DNA of 62,750 nucleotides, counting the filler, from Choristocarpus tenellus KU-1152 (taxonomy: Eukaryota > Protista > Phaeophyceae): assembly GCA_964200185.2 (NCBI GenBank). It is 10 parts of 10 records of this genome, joined end to end, with 100 filler letters (N's around TTAATTAATTAA, not from the genome) between each part and the next. Parts side by side here need not be neighbours in the genome. Positions count along the whole stretch, not along the records: positions 23,366 to 28,500 come from CAXNAD020011761.1; positions 28,601 to 36,959 come from CAXNAD020004812.1; positions 37,060 to 42,215 come from CAXNAD020011677.1; 7 more parts are not named here. One strand, 5' to 3'. Under the pieces are notes generated by a model. That model had not been told where the DNA came from, ran no database searches, and saw only the letters and a program-made list of their open reading frames with translations. The translations under genes were made by a program, and so were the position numbers. Within the stretch, counting starts at the first letter, position 1. Each line of letters begins with the position of its first letter. This document shows positions 25,721-38,559 of the stretch, in pieces.

Positions 25721-25955
25721 GAGAGGTAAGCAAGGTTGCATTTAAATATTCCGATAAAGGGCAAAACTATTTAATTTTGTACAAATGCGGAAAGAGTCTT
25801 TGATGAATTGTGGTGTCACATTCTGTGTTTAGAGGGGGGATATAGTTTCTACGTACACTATTGTGCACTTAAATCAATAAAATATGGTGTATTACACAGG
25901 GTAAAAAAAAAATATGGAATAGAATGCAATAGGGTGCAAACCTCACCTACCTCTC
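25721..25955. mobile_element. MITE-like family 3
   Basis: GAGAGGTAAGCAAGGTTGCA...TGCAAACCTCACCTACCTCTC imperfect TIRs; same termini at 48747-48978 and one end at 23443. Confidence 0.55.
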
Positions 25956-26019
25956 GATTAGTGTGGCTTTCCACGTAGAGATGAACGAAGAGATATATTT
26001 CATCTATGTGACAGGTGTG

Positions 26020-26187
26020 TGTTACAGGCGATATATCTTGATGACAGTTTAATAAATGCCATTATGACCTTGAAGTCCTAGATTTTATATATTTGTACTT
26101 CCTGACTATTTATTTATTATTTGCTCATTATGATGCTCGATACAGTAGACATCGTTGACCAATTCCTTTTATTCGAGATATTTATGA
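26020..26187 (+). mobile_element. Truncated LTR copy
   Basis: TGTTACAGGCGATATATCTTGATG... aligns by eye with 26790-26960. Confidence 0.7.
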
Positions 26188-26789
26188 ATCGTGTGGTTCT
26201 GTGGTGGCGTAGTCCACTCAGGTAAAGGTGGCGAAGAGAATCACCGACCAAGACGGACCAGACGGACCAAGATGAACTGTAACCAAGAGGACGAGGTTAA
26301 GATTGGACAAGTGCAAGACTGCAAAGACTTGTAGGAAACTGTGGAGTAATGATAATCCTATGAGGGGGGGATCATTACAAAAGTCAAGACGTGACAACAA
26401 AGAGAATCTTTGATGCGTGACAACTCTGGTGAAAGAGAGGTCCACACCTCAAATGTTCGTAAGGCCCTCTACTGGAATCGGGATTCCTGACAAGGAAACC
26501 TCAATCGGTATGACGGTATATGACATACGACAATAACGGTATAATAACAGACAAACATGCTTTCCACATCACCCCCCCTTCTGATCCGCCTTAAAGTCAT
26601 GTAAACATGATTCAAGGTCAACCAAAAAGTGAGCTCTGGGAGCGAAATGGAAACATGTATGATTGTTAGTATACTATTGTGCCGTTGTATTACACGACTC
26701 CATTAATACAAAATGAAGTGCAATATACAAACGAGGCACACAATGAATATCTGATCAGGATAAAATTAACCTAAGGTTGATGGTGTGTG

Positions 26790-27096
26790 TGTCACAGGCG
26801 ATATGTCTTGATGGCGGTTTCATAAACACCATTATGACATTGAAGTTCGAGAATTCATATATTTGTACTTCTTGATTATTTATTTATTATTTGGTCATTA
26901 TGGTCCCCGATTGTGATAGACATTGTTGATCAGTCCCTTTTTATATCATGATATTTACGATAATTCAAGTGAGAGATCCAGCATACTTGACGACTTGTGC
27001 ATCCGGAGTCCTATACCTACATCAGTATCATCTATAAGACCGTAGATTGGAGCTATATATCCTGTGGAGGTGAGCTTTTGAGGGGCGCCTGTAACA
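26790..27096 (+). mobile_element. Solo LTR (307 bp)
   Basis: TG...CA termini with 11-bp inverted ends (TGTCACAGGCG / CGCCTGTAACA), TGTG on both flanks; partial homologues at 26020 and 13696. Confidence 0.75.
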
Positions 27097-27849
27097 TGTG
27101 GTCAGCACACCAATCAAGCTTATGAGGTCTAAGAGTATGGGATCAGCATATCAATCAGCCTAAGGACAAGGCGAGAGGTATATGGGGACAGCATATAGGG
27201 TCTCAATTTTTGTATAAAACAGAGGATACTCAGAATAGAGATACGAGGAGCAAACGCTATACAATGTCAATAAACAGTCTGACTAGCATTTGTCATTCAA
27301 CATTGCTATACGGGTGTTATACAATGATTTGATCACCACTTCGATGCATGAAAACAACACGGCATGTTACATGATCAATATCAACACAGCAAACGACAAG
27401 ATCAAATGTGTTCACCCATTCTCCTTCCTCAGTTCTGACATCGATTGAAATATTGCTCATGACGACGATAATATTCCAAGTAGACCTCAGACGGACGATG
27501 TTGGTGGCTCCACTCTCCTAAAACGATATGAGGTGACTGAGCGGTCATTAGATCATGTCGGGGGGATCATGCCACTCGAAAAATGAAATAAATAGCATAT
27601 ATGACTCACCTGGAGTCTCCATCTCTTACCTAGTGGTAGACTTGGGTCTTCATTTTTTGGGGGAGGTTAGTCATTTCATGATGATCAGTAAATCCATTCC
27701 ATGAAAACGTGACATGACGTATTGAACAGTCATCTCTAGCACACAAGTGCTAATGTGGCCGGTGATACAGTCTCTTCATCACCATATGTGTCCACTCATG
27801 CGAATGTGGAGAGTTGAGAGATAGAAATAATTGCATTATTCATTTATCT

Positions 27850-28430
27850 AAATCCACCAACATAAATGTATAGTCTATTTGCAAGGATTGATAAACCTGG
27901 TAAACATGATATAATGCCAAGTCAGAGCTGGTTGTGAACAGGTTAATAGACACCTGTTACCAGTTATCTCATCTCTTCACAAAACGATAGACTATATCCA
28001 TCTATGACAAAATGACACAAGCAATTTGTCTAAACTAGATGGTCAACCTATGTAAAGGATTACAGTATGTGTGTACCACGAGATCCTGCCAAGATACACA
28101 AGTCACACATACACATACATATATATAATAATCTCTTTACGGAAACCATAGGTTACAATATTACAGCAATGCATGATATACAGACTATGCAAAGGAGTAT
28201 GATAAGAGTAAATACGAACTCTCAAGTCAACACTGTGTGGGATGAGAATTTTACTGGTTATCCAATCCATTTACTGCACAATAGGCTGCAATCATTTCAC
28301 GGCATTGTGGGATCTGCTCTATTTTATTGTGAAGATAACAAGGCAGCTCATAGCCACAAAGACAAAGGCAATAGACAACATTAATGGACGAACGGTGACC
28401 AGGACCAGGTCTATCTTCAACATTGCTATC
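27850..28430 (+). pseudogene. Highly decayed Gypsy-like pol remnant (RNase H end/integrase)
   Basis: Faint motifs only: KPGK at 27894, CVP..H.H..QR in ORF 28067-28384, NGRT at 28383. Confidence 0.3.
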
Positions 28431-28433
28431 AAT

Positions 28434-28500
28434 GAGTGAAAGTATCTAAGAGGGTACGAGTTTTGCCCTGTTTGTCCATTTGGGGCTTGGCTTCCCTCGG
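28434..28500 (+). mobile_element. MITE family 1, partial at contig end
   Basis: GAGTGAAAGTATCTAAGAGGGTACGAGTTTTGCCCTGTTTGTCC... Confidence 0.8.
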
Positions 28501-28619
28501 NNNNNNNNNNNNNNNNNNNNNNNNNNNNNNNNNNNNNNNNNNNNTTAATTAATTAANNNNNNNNNNNNNNNNNNNNNNNNNNNNNNNNNNNNNNNNNNNN
28601 CCCCTCAGACCCCCCTCAC

Positions 28620-28677
28620 AACATTGGATTTTGGTCCCCAGATGGACGCGGCTCTACCCTCTAAGATACTTTGACTC
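28620..28677 (+). mobile_element. MITE family 1, right end at contig start
   Basis: ...GGCTCTACCCTCTAAGATACTTTGACTC. Confidence 0.8.
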
Positions 28678-30980
28678 CCATGTTAGTCTGAATAACATAG
28701 AAACGAACTTGATCCTTATTTTCTGTGTAGAGTTTGCACTCGCTTCCTATTAGTCATACATGGGGATGATCAGTTCAATCAAGACAACTCTTCTATGCTA
28801 TGTGCTACTTGCCTGAGTTTTCTATTTTCCCTTGTTAGTTACACTTATCATTATTTGTCTGTGGCTAACGAAAATTTTCTTTCTCCCAAACACAATTCTC
28901 TACCCTGTATGTAGCTTGCCTGAATTCCCAATTTCCTTTAATTGCTTGCACTTATCATTATTTGTATGTAGGCAATGAAAACTTTCTTTCTCTCAAACCT
29001 GCAGGCAGGTAGACTGTACATGTAGGCTGGTCGACTGTATGTACATGTCATGCTTGTGAGAGATGGGTGCCTTCGACCATAAATATGACAAGGGCCTTTG
29101 AATAAGGTCTTGTCATTTTCGGGAATAATAGGGTTGAGAATGTCTTCGAGTGTGTTGTTGAGATTATCAGCTGGGGGTGGGTGACCAATATCCACGTAGG
29201 ACCCACTGGAATTGTTCTTGTAGAAATTTGATGATGAGGACTCAAATGAGTGTGTCAGAAAGTCATCTGATAATGGAGTACTACTAATATTTATTCCTAA
29301 TATTAGTTTATTATTATTATTATTTTCCAATCATTACTATTATTTATTTTGTTGCTGTCCTCGCACTCAGGTATATTACAAGGAGGATTGAAGCAACCTT
29401 GTTGAAGTAGTAGATCAGAAGTTTTGCTTGTCCTTATTGCGATGCCCTTTCAAAAACGCCCCTTATCACTCTTTGCTCATAAAATTGTGATCCTATTTAC
29501 TATTTTTGTTACTATTATAACAGTGGGGAAGTATGGGTTATGCCAGATGCTGGGGGCAGGTTGAACTGAATTTAATTACCAGATCAAATATGGGCGTAAC
29601 CCCCACAGGCTGGGGGTACAACCCTGCATCAGCGCTCTAGTAGGGTCAGTGGTTATAATCCATACGTTCTTACAAGGTATACATGGATGGGTTGGAGCCC
29701 TGTCATCACAAGATAAACCGTTTTAGGGAAACCTGGTTCGATGGCCTTGTCGTAAGCACTATTGGCAGTGCACCTAGTTGGTATCATGTCAGGACCTAAG
29801 CGGACATGTACCATGATGCTAGCTTGGTTGAGAGACAGGCTCGTTAGAGGATAGTAGCATGAACAAGATTAATATTTTTACTTCATATATCGGGCACTAG
29901 TAGAAGTCACTTGGCACTTTCTTCCTAAGATGTCTACAGTGATAGTAGGTAGGACATAACTGGCGCACTATAGCGTGTTATTCATTTGTCCTCCTATCTA
30001 TCTGAAAGGGAGATTGTCTACTGTCCTCTTGATGCAGATTTTATTTTTGCAAAGGCATGAAATCTAATTTGCTCTCTCTCGGGTCTTACTGCTTGAAAAA
30101 TGTGGCCGAGATAGGATCTACAAGTTGCGATGGCATTAATGAACAATAGTATCGACCAATCAGTGACGTCTTTTCCCACCCTTCCCACCCCCAAAATCCC
30201 GTGTTACACATAGTACGAAATTTTGACATTTCCCCCCTATCAAAGATTAAGGAGAAATAATGCCACCTGCAGCTTGGTATTGCTGAGAGTTGAGCTAAAA
30301 CAAAAAATCAATATCGCATCTGCTGCAATCGGGATAAGTGACGGCAGGCAACGGAAAAATAAAAATGAGATGCAGCGGACAGGAAAGAAGCTTCTTTTCG
30401 AACAAGCCTTAAAAAGCTGTGACATTATCAGGGTAAGCTGTCAAAAATATTCCTTACAAGGTCGAGGAGCACCTTCTCACTTCCATGACAGTGCCCCATA
30501 CCCTTGAATGCGCTACAAACCAGGAGTGTGTAAAACGTTAGGACAGAAAAATGTGTTGATGAGGAGGGTAGGGCGTGAAGGTATGATGTGCATTATTCCC
30601 AACATACTCCAGGTCGGGCACACAACACTAGCATTGGGATGTTAGAAGCAATGCTGTCCTTCTCAGAGAGTGATGTCTTCAACATGCATTTTGTACAAGC
30701 CCAATACAATTCAAATCTGAAATTCTTTCTTAAATATACTTTGAAGTATGTCAGCGGTCACTCTCATGGGTGCAACACAGCAACACAGCCTTGCCAAGGA
30801 TGAAATTATTAGTATCTCGTTGCAAGACGTAGCAAAACGTCAGGAATAAAAATTGCATCAAACTCGATCTATACATGGCTAGAGGGATCATTTCTCTCGT
30901 AAAATAGTCTTGACAATATCGTATCCACATGGGTCCTATCTAGGCAACGTATAACCTTAAAACTCCTCAACCCAACTCCT

Positions 30981-33913
30981 TCATGATGCCGATATATAGA
31001 AGTGGTGACGCTGGACATAGAGCAGCATATTCAGGGCATAGCTTGCCAGCCCGCCCACAAGTGGAACCCCTTCAAACACCCCTGCCACCTCGCGGGCAGC
31101 AGGACGCACCAGGAGCTCAAATGCAGGCGATCTAAGGACATAGAACAACCACTGGAGCTTGCGACGGCGCAGCTCTGCAGCTTGTTCTGTATCAAGATAC
31201 TGCAACACTGTCACCCCACCACTTGAGCGCTGACCGCCCTCCCCTAAGCGCCCACCCTGCGGTGGTAGGGGAAGGAGTAGGGCGAAGCTCCCATTGCCAG
31301 CCCTTGATGTGCATGCATAGGCTAAGGCATCCATACCCAGGGAAATAAGCCAGGGGTGCCAAGATCTCTCTCCAAATCGCCCACAGCAAAGACTGTAAAC
31401 AACTGGACGCAGCACGTGCACCACCTCTCCTGCCATAAGCCATCCTTGTGAAAGACTGCCCCGAGACTGTCCCCTCCTGCACTCTTCACCTTGGGCAGGG
31501 CAGGTTCCCTCACTTCCATCCACTTCCCCCAATGCCATGCATCCCCGCTCCCCACTAAGCTCTCCTTCTCCTCCCCTCACCTTCCTCAGCATCCCTCCTC
31601 TATCCCAAGGTGGGGGTGAGAGTGCTGTACTCCCAAGACGCTCAAATTTCACACCCCCACCCTCTCTCCCCTTCCCAACCCCCCCGCCCCTGCAGGTGCA
31701 CACCCCATTGCCAGCCCACCGATTTCTGACCCCCCACCGTGCACACAAGCAACTGCTGACTCTCTGTTGCTGAAGAGAGGCAGGTACAGTCATCCTCACC
31801 CCACTTCGCCTCCCTGTATACACTGCTGCTGGGCTGTGTTCTGGTGCCCCGACTGTAGAGTCCCCTCTCCGTATACCAAGGGCCGATTGGTCACTGGCGG
31901 AATGGCGTAGCAATGAAGCACCCGGCCAGGTTCTTCGTCTGCCAGTGTCAACCTGGCAGGCGTTTGAGGCAAGAGGTATCATGCAAAGAGAACAAACTGT
32001 GAGATGGGGGAATTGTTGATGATAAACTGATTCAAGAAAATCACACAAGAAGAAATCAGAGATCACATGCATGCTCCATTAGTTGTGTGTAATTGTTTAT
32101 ATCGGAGTTGCTCCTATCAGCCCATTTGACTTCCCAGGGAGCGGTTTTGTCTTCAACAACTCACGTTTCCTCTTCAAGGGGGTTACTGGATGGTACCTTA
32201 AACTACTGCTCATAGTGGGAACCGAAACAGAATCCCAGAAGTTCAACACTGCGAGAATAACACCTCCCCCACATAGTTACAGAATCAGGTTTAACATAAA
32301 CATAGGAAGGCGGCAGTATGTTCAGTTTTGAATCCAGTGCAAATGAATGAAGCAGATCTTGACTACAAATATTTGGAAAGGTATGCCATTGCCACCTTCC
32401 ACTCTCACCGTTCCTCCCCCAAGGGTCATATCCCGTGTTTGCGTCAGGAGTAGTAGGCGGAAAATGGCCTTCAGCACCTCAATGCAAGAAATTGCTTGCC
32501 TCCTCCTGTGATCTCCTCCAGCCTGCACAGCTATCTTCTCCACCACTATCTGTATATAGGTCAGGACAGAGAGAGCCACTCGCAGTCGCTCTTCTGAGGT
32601 GCTGCTGACTCCATCCAAGATGGATAGTCCACAAAACATCCAGTGTCAGGTCAGGACATACATTGAGAGAGAGTTTCGGAAGGTCTTGGGAAATGGGAAG
32701 AGGGCAAAAGGCCTCTGGAAGTTGTTGACTGTTGGCATCTTTACACTACTAAGTGCAGTAGATATTAGTGACCATAGTGATCATTACAGAAGTACAAGGT
32801 GTGGTGTTACACGATACACTGTGACTCTGTGGAGAACAGGGGGCTATTGAATTGCTTATTCCAAGTAGTAAAGGCTCACACACATGTGCTCAAGCATCGA
32901 CTGGGAGCATTTCCTACACCCATGACATCACAAGTGCAATACCAGCGAGTCATAACGAGGTGGCATGAAGCACATTGGTATGGTCGCGCCGGATTGCTCA
33001 CTCCAAGTAGTGAAGGCACACACATCTGTGCTCAAAGACCAACTGGGAACATCTCCTACAGCTATGATATTACAAGTGCTATATCAGTGAGTCATAGCGA
33101 GAGGGCCGAAAAGTTGTCGATGAGTTAATCTTTCATGAACATCGGAATTGCGAGAGTTATAACCAACATTGTGAAATGCACATCCCTCAGCAACTGTCTC
33201 CTACTGACCTTGTCCTATGCTCTTGTGCTTGGCCCCCTTCACGGTTGTTCATTGCCATATCGGTGTGATGGAGATCACCAGTGACAACATGCACGCCACC
33301 ACGGTTGAAACCCCCATTGTCCCGCAATATGTGACCATGAACCAGTGCCGCAAGGCTGGCTGCAGCGTACCCAGTCTCAATGGCCAAATCTCGATTGCCA
33401 AGACGAGACTTTGTTGAAGTAGATTGCAACAAGGGGTATACACATAGATGAATAGATACATAAACTGGGCTGATAAGGAATAAAATTCTAGGACTCTATC
33501 ACCAGATGATAGATCATTGGTTCGCTGGTCTTATTTTCAAATGAGGGAATGAGGTTCTGGGCCCTACACGTTTTCATTGCAACAGCAAAAACGAGATGCA
33601 AACTATCAATTCGGACTTCAATTACAGAGAGATAAGCACAACGACGATAACAGTTGGAACTAAAACACCACTTTCATTTCTTCTCATTGACTTGTAGCCC
33701 TCATCAATGACGGAAAGTCCAATTCGAGTGACAACGCTAAGTAGAGGACCTATGGTTATAACTGGAGAGAGTGTTCTCAATTACCGGCGCGAAGAATCCG
33801 GCGTACTGCAGAAGACTTTCTAGAGCTCTTGCTCCACCAGGGTTTGACCTAACAAATTCAGCATACGACCACGAGGGCCTGTGTATCTGGTTACGGTGCT
33901 CATGCTGAGACAT
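30981..33913 (-). CDS. PEX16: Peroxisomal biogenesis factor 16, complete four-exon gene
   Basis: Exons 33785-33913, 33209-33408, 32409-~32604, 30981-31952, phase-consistent. Motifs YAEFVRSN..LES.L; IQIVVEKIA..IEVLKAIFRL; GEVVHVLRPVVY..SWHPWLISL..ELRRRK..LFYVLRSPAF..VPLVG..YVQRHHFYISAS*. Confidence 0.93.
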
Positions 33914-34138
33914 GTTCCCTTTATGTTTCCTCCAAAATGAACTCGTGATGATATTGAAGGGGTGGGGTCTCACACCCTTGTGAAGGCGTATTGTATATTT
34001 TATCAATCTCCCATACATCATCAAGAATCTACAAATAGGGAGTTGTAATGAACGGAGACCATTGTACTTTTGGACATCTACATAACGCTGCAGTGGTCAG
34101 ACTGCATATCCTTGGGGGTATTCATTGCAGAAAATTCA

Positions 34139-36758
34139 ATGGGCGAGGATGGAGTCTATGCTGATCGTGAACGACATTTACCTTGGCGAGAGTTCCTTCC
34201 AAACTTTCGTCTGGAATCCAGATCCCCCATTTCCAAGAGGAGTACTGGAAGAATAGAATCGATCGCCAAGAACTACTTCAAGTGTACCCTCAGGGAAGGG
34301 AAGGAGCGATTCAAGAGGGAAAAGGAAGGAGAACGCCTTCGAGAATACGCTCAAGGCGTCGGATGCTTAGGAACAGGGATGCTTCAAGATATCCTTGAGG
34401 ATCTTTCTGATCCCACGTTTTCCTGCCAGGAAAATGAGTGAGGCCTGGAAGACGACGCGGGGTGATCCTCATCGTACCGATGGGTGATCAATCTGGATAG
34501 TAGCACCGGTTGCGAAATGTCGTCGTGGAGGTTTGATATTTGCATGCAGCCACTGTCTGCCATTATGACAGAAAAACCTGCCTGTACCTGTCGCCCCAGA
34601 AAACTGAGGGAGGAGATGGCGAAAATCATCCGCTTCAAGATAACAAGAATGTTCAGACGCGTAATGAGCTCATCATACCCCTCTATCGCTGCAGGAGAGA
34701 CATCCATCCTAGGTGTAACTTGAAAATTCGAGAGAATTCTTGTTCGGCTTTGAACGGGTCCTAACACACTGGTTCACTATTTTCCGTCAACCAACGGAAT
34801 AGCTCCAGGGATCTAACATCAACATGATGGGACTCTCTTAATCTTACTTACTGTAGAGGCTTGAGTATACCTACCTCATCAAAGGAAGTCTGTGGACTGG
34901 AATAGAAATTGAGTTCGCGATCTCCTTGTGGGTCAGCAATTTTATATATTTTACTATCAATATGGTTGACTACTGATATTGAGGTTATCCGATTTCCCGA
35001 GCCATCGAGAAATACTCCTGGTCGGGGAGGTCCAGGTCATTATATTTTGTGCATCAAACTCTTTTTTACCCCAAACCTGAACAAAATCACTTTCTTTTGC
35101 CCTGATCCATACTATTGCCCTTCATGGCTTCACCCTGTTGCAGAGGGCAATGAATTGCTCAGACGAGGTTCAATGTTTAGGGTGAAGATGCAGCATTTGC
35201 TAAGACCAAGCGCCTTAGCTGAGATTCAGTACGAGGTGAATTATATACCCAAGTACTGCATGTTCTGACCATAAACTTTTTGAACAAAATTTTGTTGGAT
35301 AATGAACTAGTACCCCTCCGTATACTCTGTCTCTTGGAGGACAAAGCGGTATTGGATGTGCATAGGTAGCTCCCTAAATAGTACTGCATCTCTCCAAGCA
35401 CCAGACGCTCTCTGTATTTTCTTCGCTTGATCCTTCCCTACCACCAGGTGATACAGTCAATGGTGGGTGCAGAGAGACTGGTTCCAGCTAATTTACGCCC
35501 CCAACCATGGTTGCACAAGGTTGTCCACGGAAAGGTAGCATCTTCCAACCTAAGGAAACCCAATCAAGAAAAAGGCGACACCAATGAAGGGATATTGCCA
35601 AAGGTCACCTGCTCTGTGATAGCATCATCCCCTGAAACTTTGTGTGTGCCCCATAGTGATGGGACAGAACACCTTTCAATTGACCATTCTGAGCAAATAC
35701 TGTTAGAACGTTGGGCAGAAGGGGCCACGACAACTCAACTGAGTCCACAAGACAGCTGGCAAGTTGCAGGACTTGTGGAGAGGCCAAGGCCGAGATCTCC
35801 TGCAGACAGGATCGAAAGGGCTGCGGATGGAGGCAAGGAGAATGAAAGCAGTGAATTCAAAAGAGATTCTTTGCCCAGTTGTGAGGTTACAGACCCTACG
35901 TCTGTCTCAATGCAGGCAATGTCGGAGAAAAGACATGGAACATTGGGAGCATGTGGATGGTCACAGCAAAGCCCGAACGCGGCACAGGAGATTCCAACAA
36001 GAATGGGTTGGGTGCCTGCAGATGCTTTTTCCCCCCCAGATGCAGCTGACGGTTACAGGTCTGAAGAGAGTATCATCGATGATTTGGCCATGAATGACAA
36101 TGATGGGAAATGTGACGATCAGCAGTTCGAAGGGTATGGAGGTGACGAGCAAAGCAGGAGCAGCAGTTCATCTCTTGTGGGAATTCGAAATATTCCCAAT
36201 ATGCCTGGTAGAGTTGGGTTAAGTCCTGCAGTGAATCTCCCGAAGAATGGACTGAGCAATATGGAAGTGAAGGGAGAGAAAGGGGTTGAGTTGCAGAGCT
36301 TGACCAAAGCACTTGCATTGTCCACTCCTTCCATAGGAAAGCCTGCCCCCAAGGAAGGTCATGATCCTGATGGAGCATGGAGAATTGAGAGTGAGAAGCA
36401 TGCAGATGTTGAACGACCTGAAACTGTGTCAAGCGATTTTGCGAACTTCCAATTGTCCAGGACAATGGAAGGGAAGCACCCAGCAAACCAGGAACATGTG
36501 GCGGTCGACCGTGTTATAGAGACTGAGGTGGGGACAAGAACGAGAGGATCAAATGAGCAGGCTAATCCATCACATGTTGCACCAGTCTCTGCAAACCTTG
36601 AGGAACCGAGAAATCCAAAGACGGTGGGTGCCCCCCTCAAAAAGAGGCACCTTTTTTTCCTGATGTCATTGGTACTTGGGGCATGCTTGGGCGGAAGGCT
36701 CGTGCGTGCAGTTGTCTGTCAATCAAAACGTGCGCTTTTAGGGTCTGATCATCATTGA
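34139..36758 (+). CDS. Hypothetical spliced protein with C-terminal transmembrane helix
   Basis: ORF from ATG 34139; probable internal exons near 34600-34712 and 35143-35235; long terminal exon ~35448-36758 (low-complexity, acidic/Ser-rich) ending KKRHLFFLMSLVLGACLGGRLV.. Exon structure only partly resolved. Confidence 0.55.
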
Positions 36759-37733
36759 AACATCGAATCATTGAGAGTCTTCTTTGACGTTGAGGCACTG
36801 CCGACCTTGCACTTGAGCTTGACTAAAAACTGTGTACAGTTTTCTTTTTTTTTGCAGGACTGTGGTCAAAGAGAATCAACAACGTACCAAAGTATAGCCG
36901 GTGTTGCTCAATGTGTTGATATGTTCTTGTCCCTTTAAGTCCCAAAGTTTCTGGGGGGGNNNNNNNNNNNNNNNNNNNNNNNNNNNNNNNNNNNNNNNNN
37001 NNNTTAATTAATTAANNNNNNNNNNNNNNNNNNNNNNNNNNNNNNNNNNNNNNNNNNNNCCCCAGATACTTTGACCCATATGCGACAAACCCCACACTCC
37101 CTCACTATTTCGACAACAAACCAATGGGTCTGGACAATATAGAGGAATCGTTGTCGCAGTTCTTCAAGGGGACCACATCCATCACACCACAGTTGTACCA
37201 TGACGACCCGCCAGCCACTAGGGGATCTCGCTAACAACGGGAATGAACTCGTAGACTCCGGAGGGGTAGACCCTAGGACATCCCAAAGCCAAGACCAGAC
37301 CTCCGTCGCAACGAGACACACTCCAATGTAGCCTGTACGTTCTGTAATTACCTGAAGGAGGGATTAGCGCTTGAAGACTAGGCATAGCGAAGCATATGGT
37401 CACCATCATATCCTTCCGAAATCACACATTTGCATCGACATCAGAGAGATGTGGTGTTCACTAGTTCCACTGTAGTTCCGAACCGGTGGCGCACACGTCC
37501 TCCGATCAAGTGCAGAACGAAACCTATCGATGAAGTTCGTGTTCTCCGATATCTTTGTTCCGATATTTATCGGAACCAAACGATGTCCCTTCCAGTTTCT
37601 GTTTCCGATCCCAACCCTAGCACCTGTCCCAACCCTAACCATATGCTCTAACCCTGACACCGTCTCTCACCCTTACACGATAATGAAATTATACCAAGTC
37701 ATGTTTCGCCCTTCTTTCATCTGCTCGCCTCAT

Positions 37734-38000
37734 GTCATTTTTGCCATACTTTGTCGAACGGTAAAGTATGGCAAAAATTGCGGCTGTCCACATACCAACT
37801 TATTTCAAGCCACAAGCATCATGTCATTTTTGCCGTATGTTGTCCTACAGCAAAGTGTGGCGATAGTTGCGGCGGTCCATATACCAACTTTTTTCAAGCC
37901 ACACGCCTCAAGTCAATCTCGCCATACTTTACCATACGACAAAGTCTGGCAAAAATTGCGGCTGTCCACATACTAACCTCTTTGCAGTCGCACGCCTCCA
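37734..38000. repeat. 89-bp tandem repeat x3 with internal palindrome
   Basis: Units start at 37734, 37823, 37912; unit 1 has a perfect 16-bp stem ATTTTTGCCATACTTT-N10-AAAGTATGGCAAAAAT (37737-37778). Confidence 0.85.
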
Positions 38001-38559
38001 AACCTTCGTCCTCGACTTATCACAAAATTCAATCGCGATCTCATATTCCCCATATAGAGAAAGGGGAACATACGATGATGGTATGTGCATGTGGGGATAT
38101 GTGTTGACTGACATCACATGAAACGTTCAGTATCCCTTCCACCACAAAATCCATCGTACACATTAGTTTACCGTTGGACAGAATACGTCAATTGTGGTAC
38201 ATACATGCGCCAATAGTGTCAGGGGCGACACCCACCATGCACCTGTCAACTGTTTCCCAAAAAAAATTCCGATCAAAGCACATATTCTACCGTTCGACAA
38301 ACTATTCACTTCGTCCTACATGCTTCATTGTACGTTTTCGTAACCTTTGTATGTGGCTCGCGATTGACCGCATATGCGATGCACACCTTTTCAGGATATT
38401 CTAATCGGGGCGGTTTCGGTTCTCGATGTATCAAATACACCCTTCTCCATGCTTTCAAAGTGAGGTGTCATCCAATACGGCCGTTTTCCATGGAACACTT
38501 CGTGACCAAACATTGTGCACGCACATTCCCCCAAAGAAAGATGCAGAATTACCTGTGTT

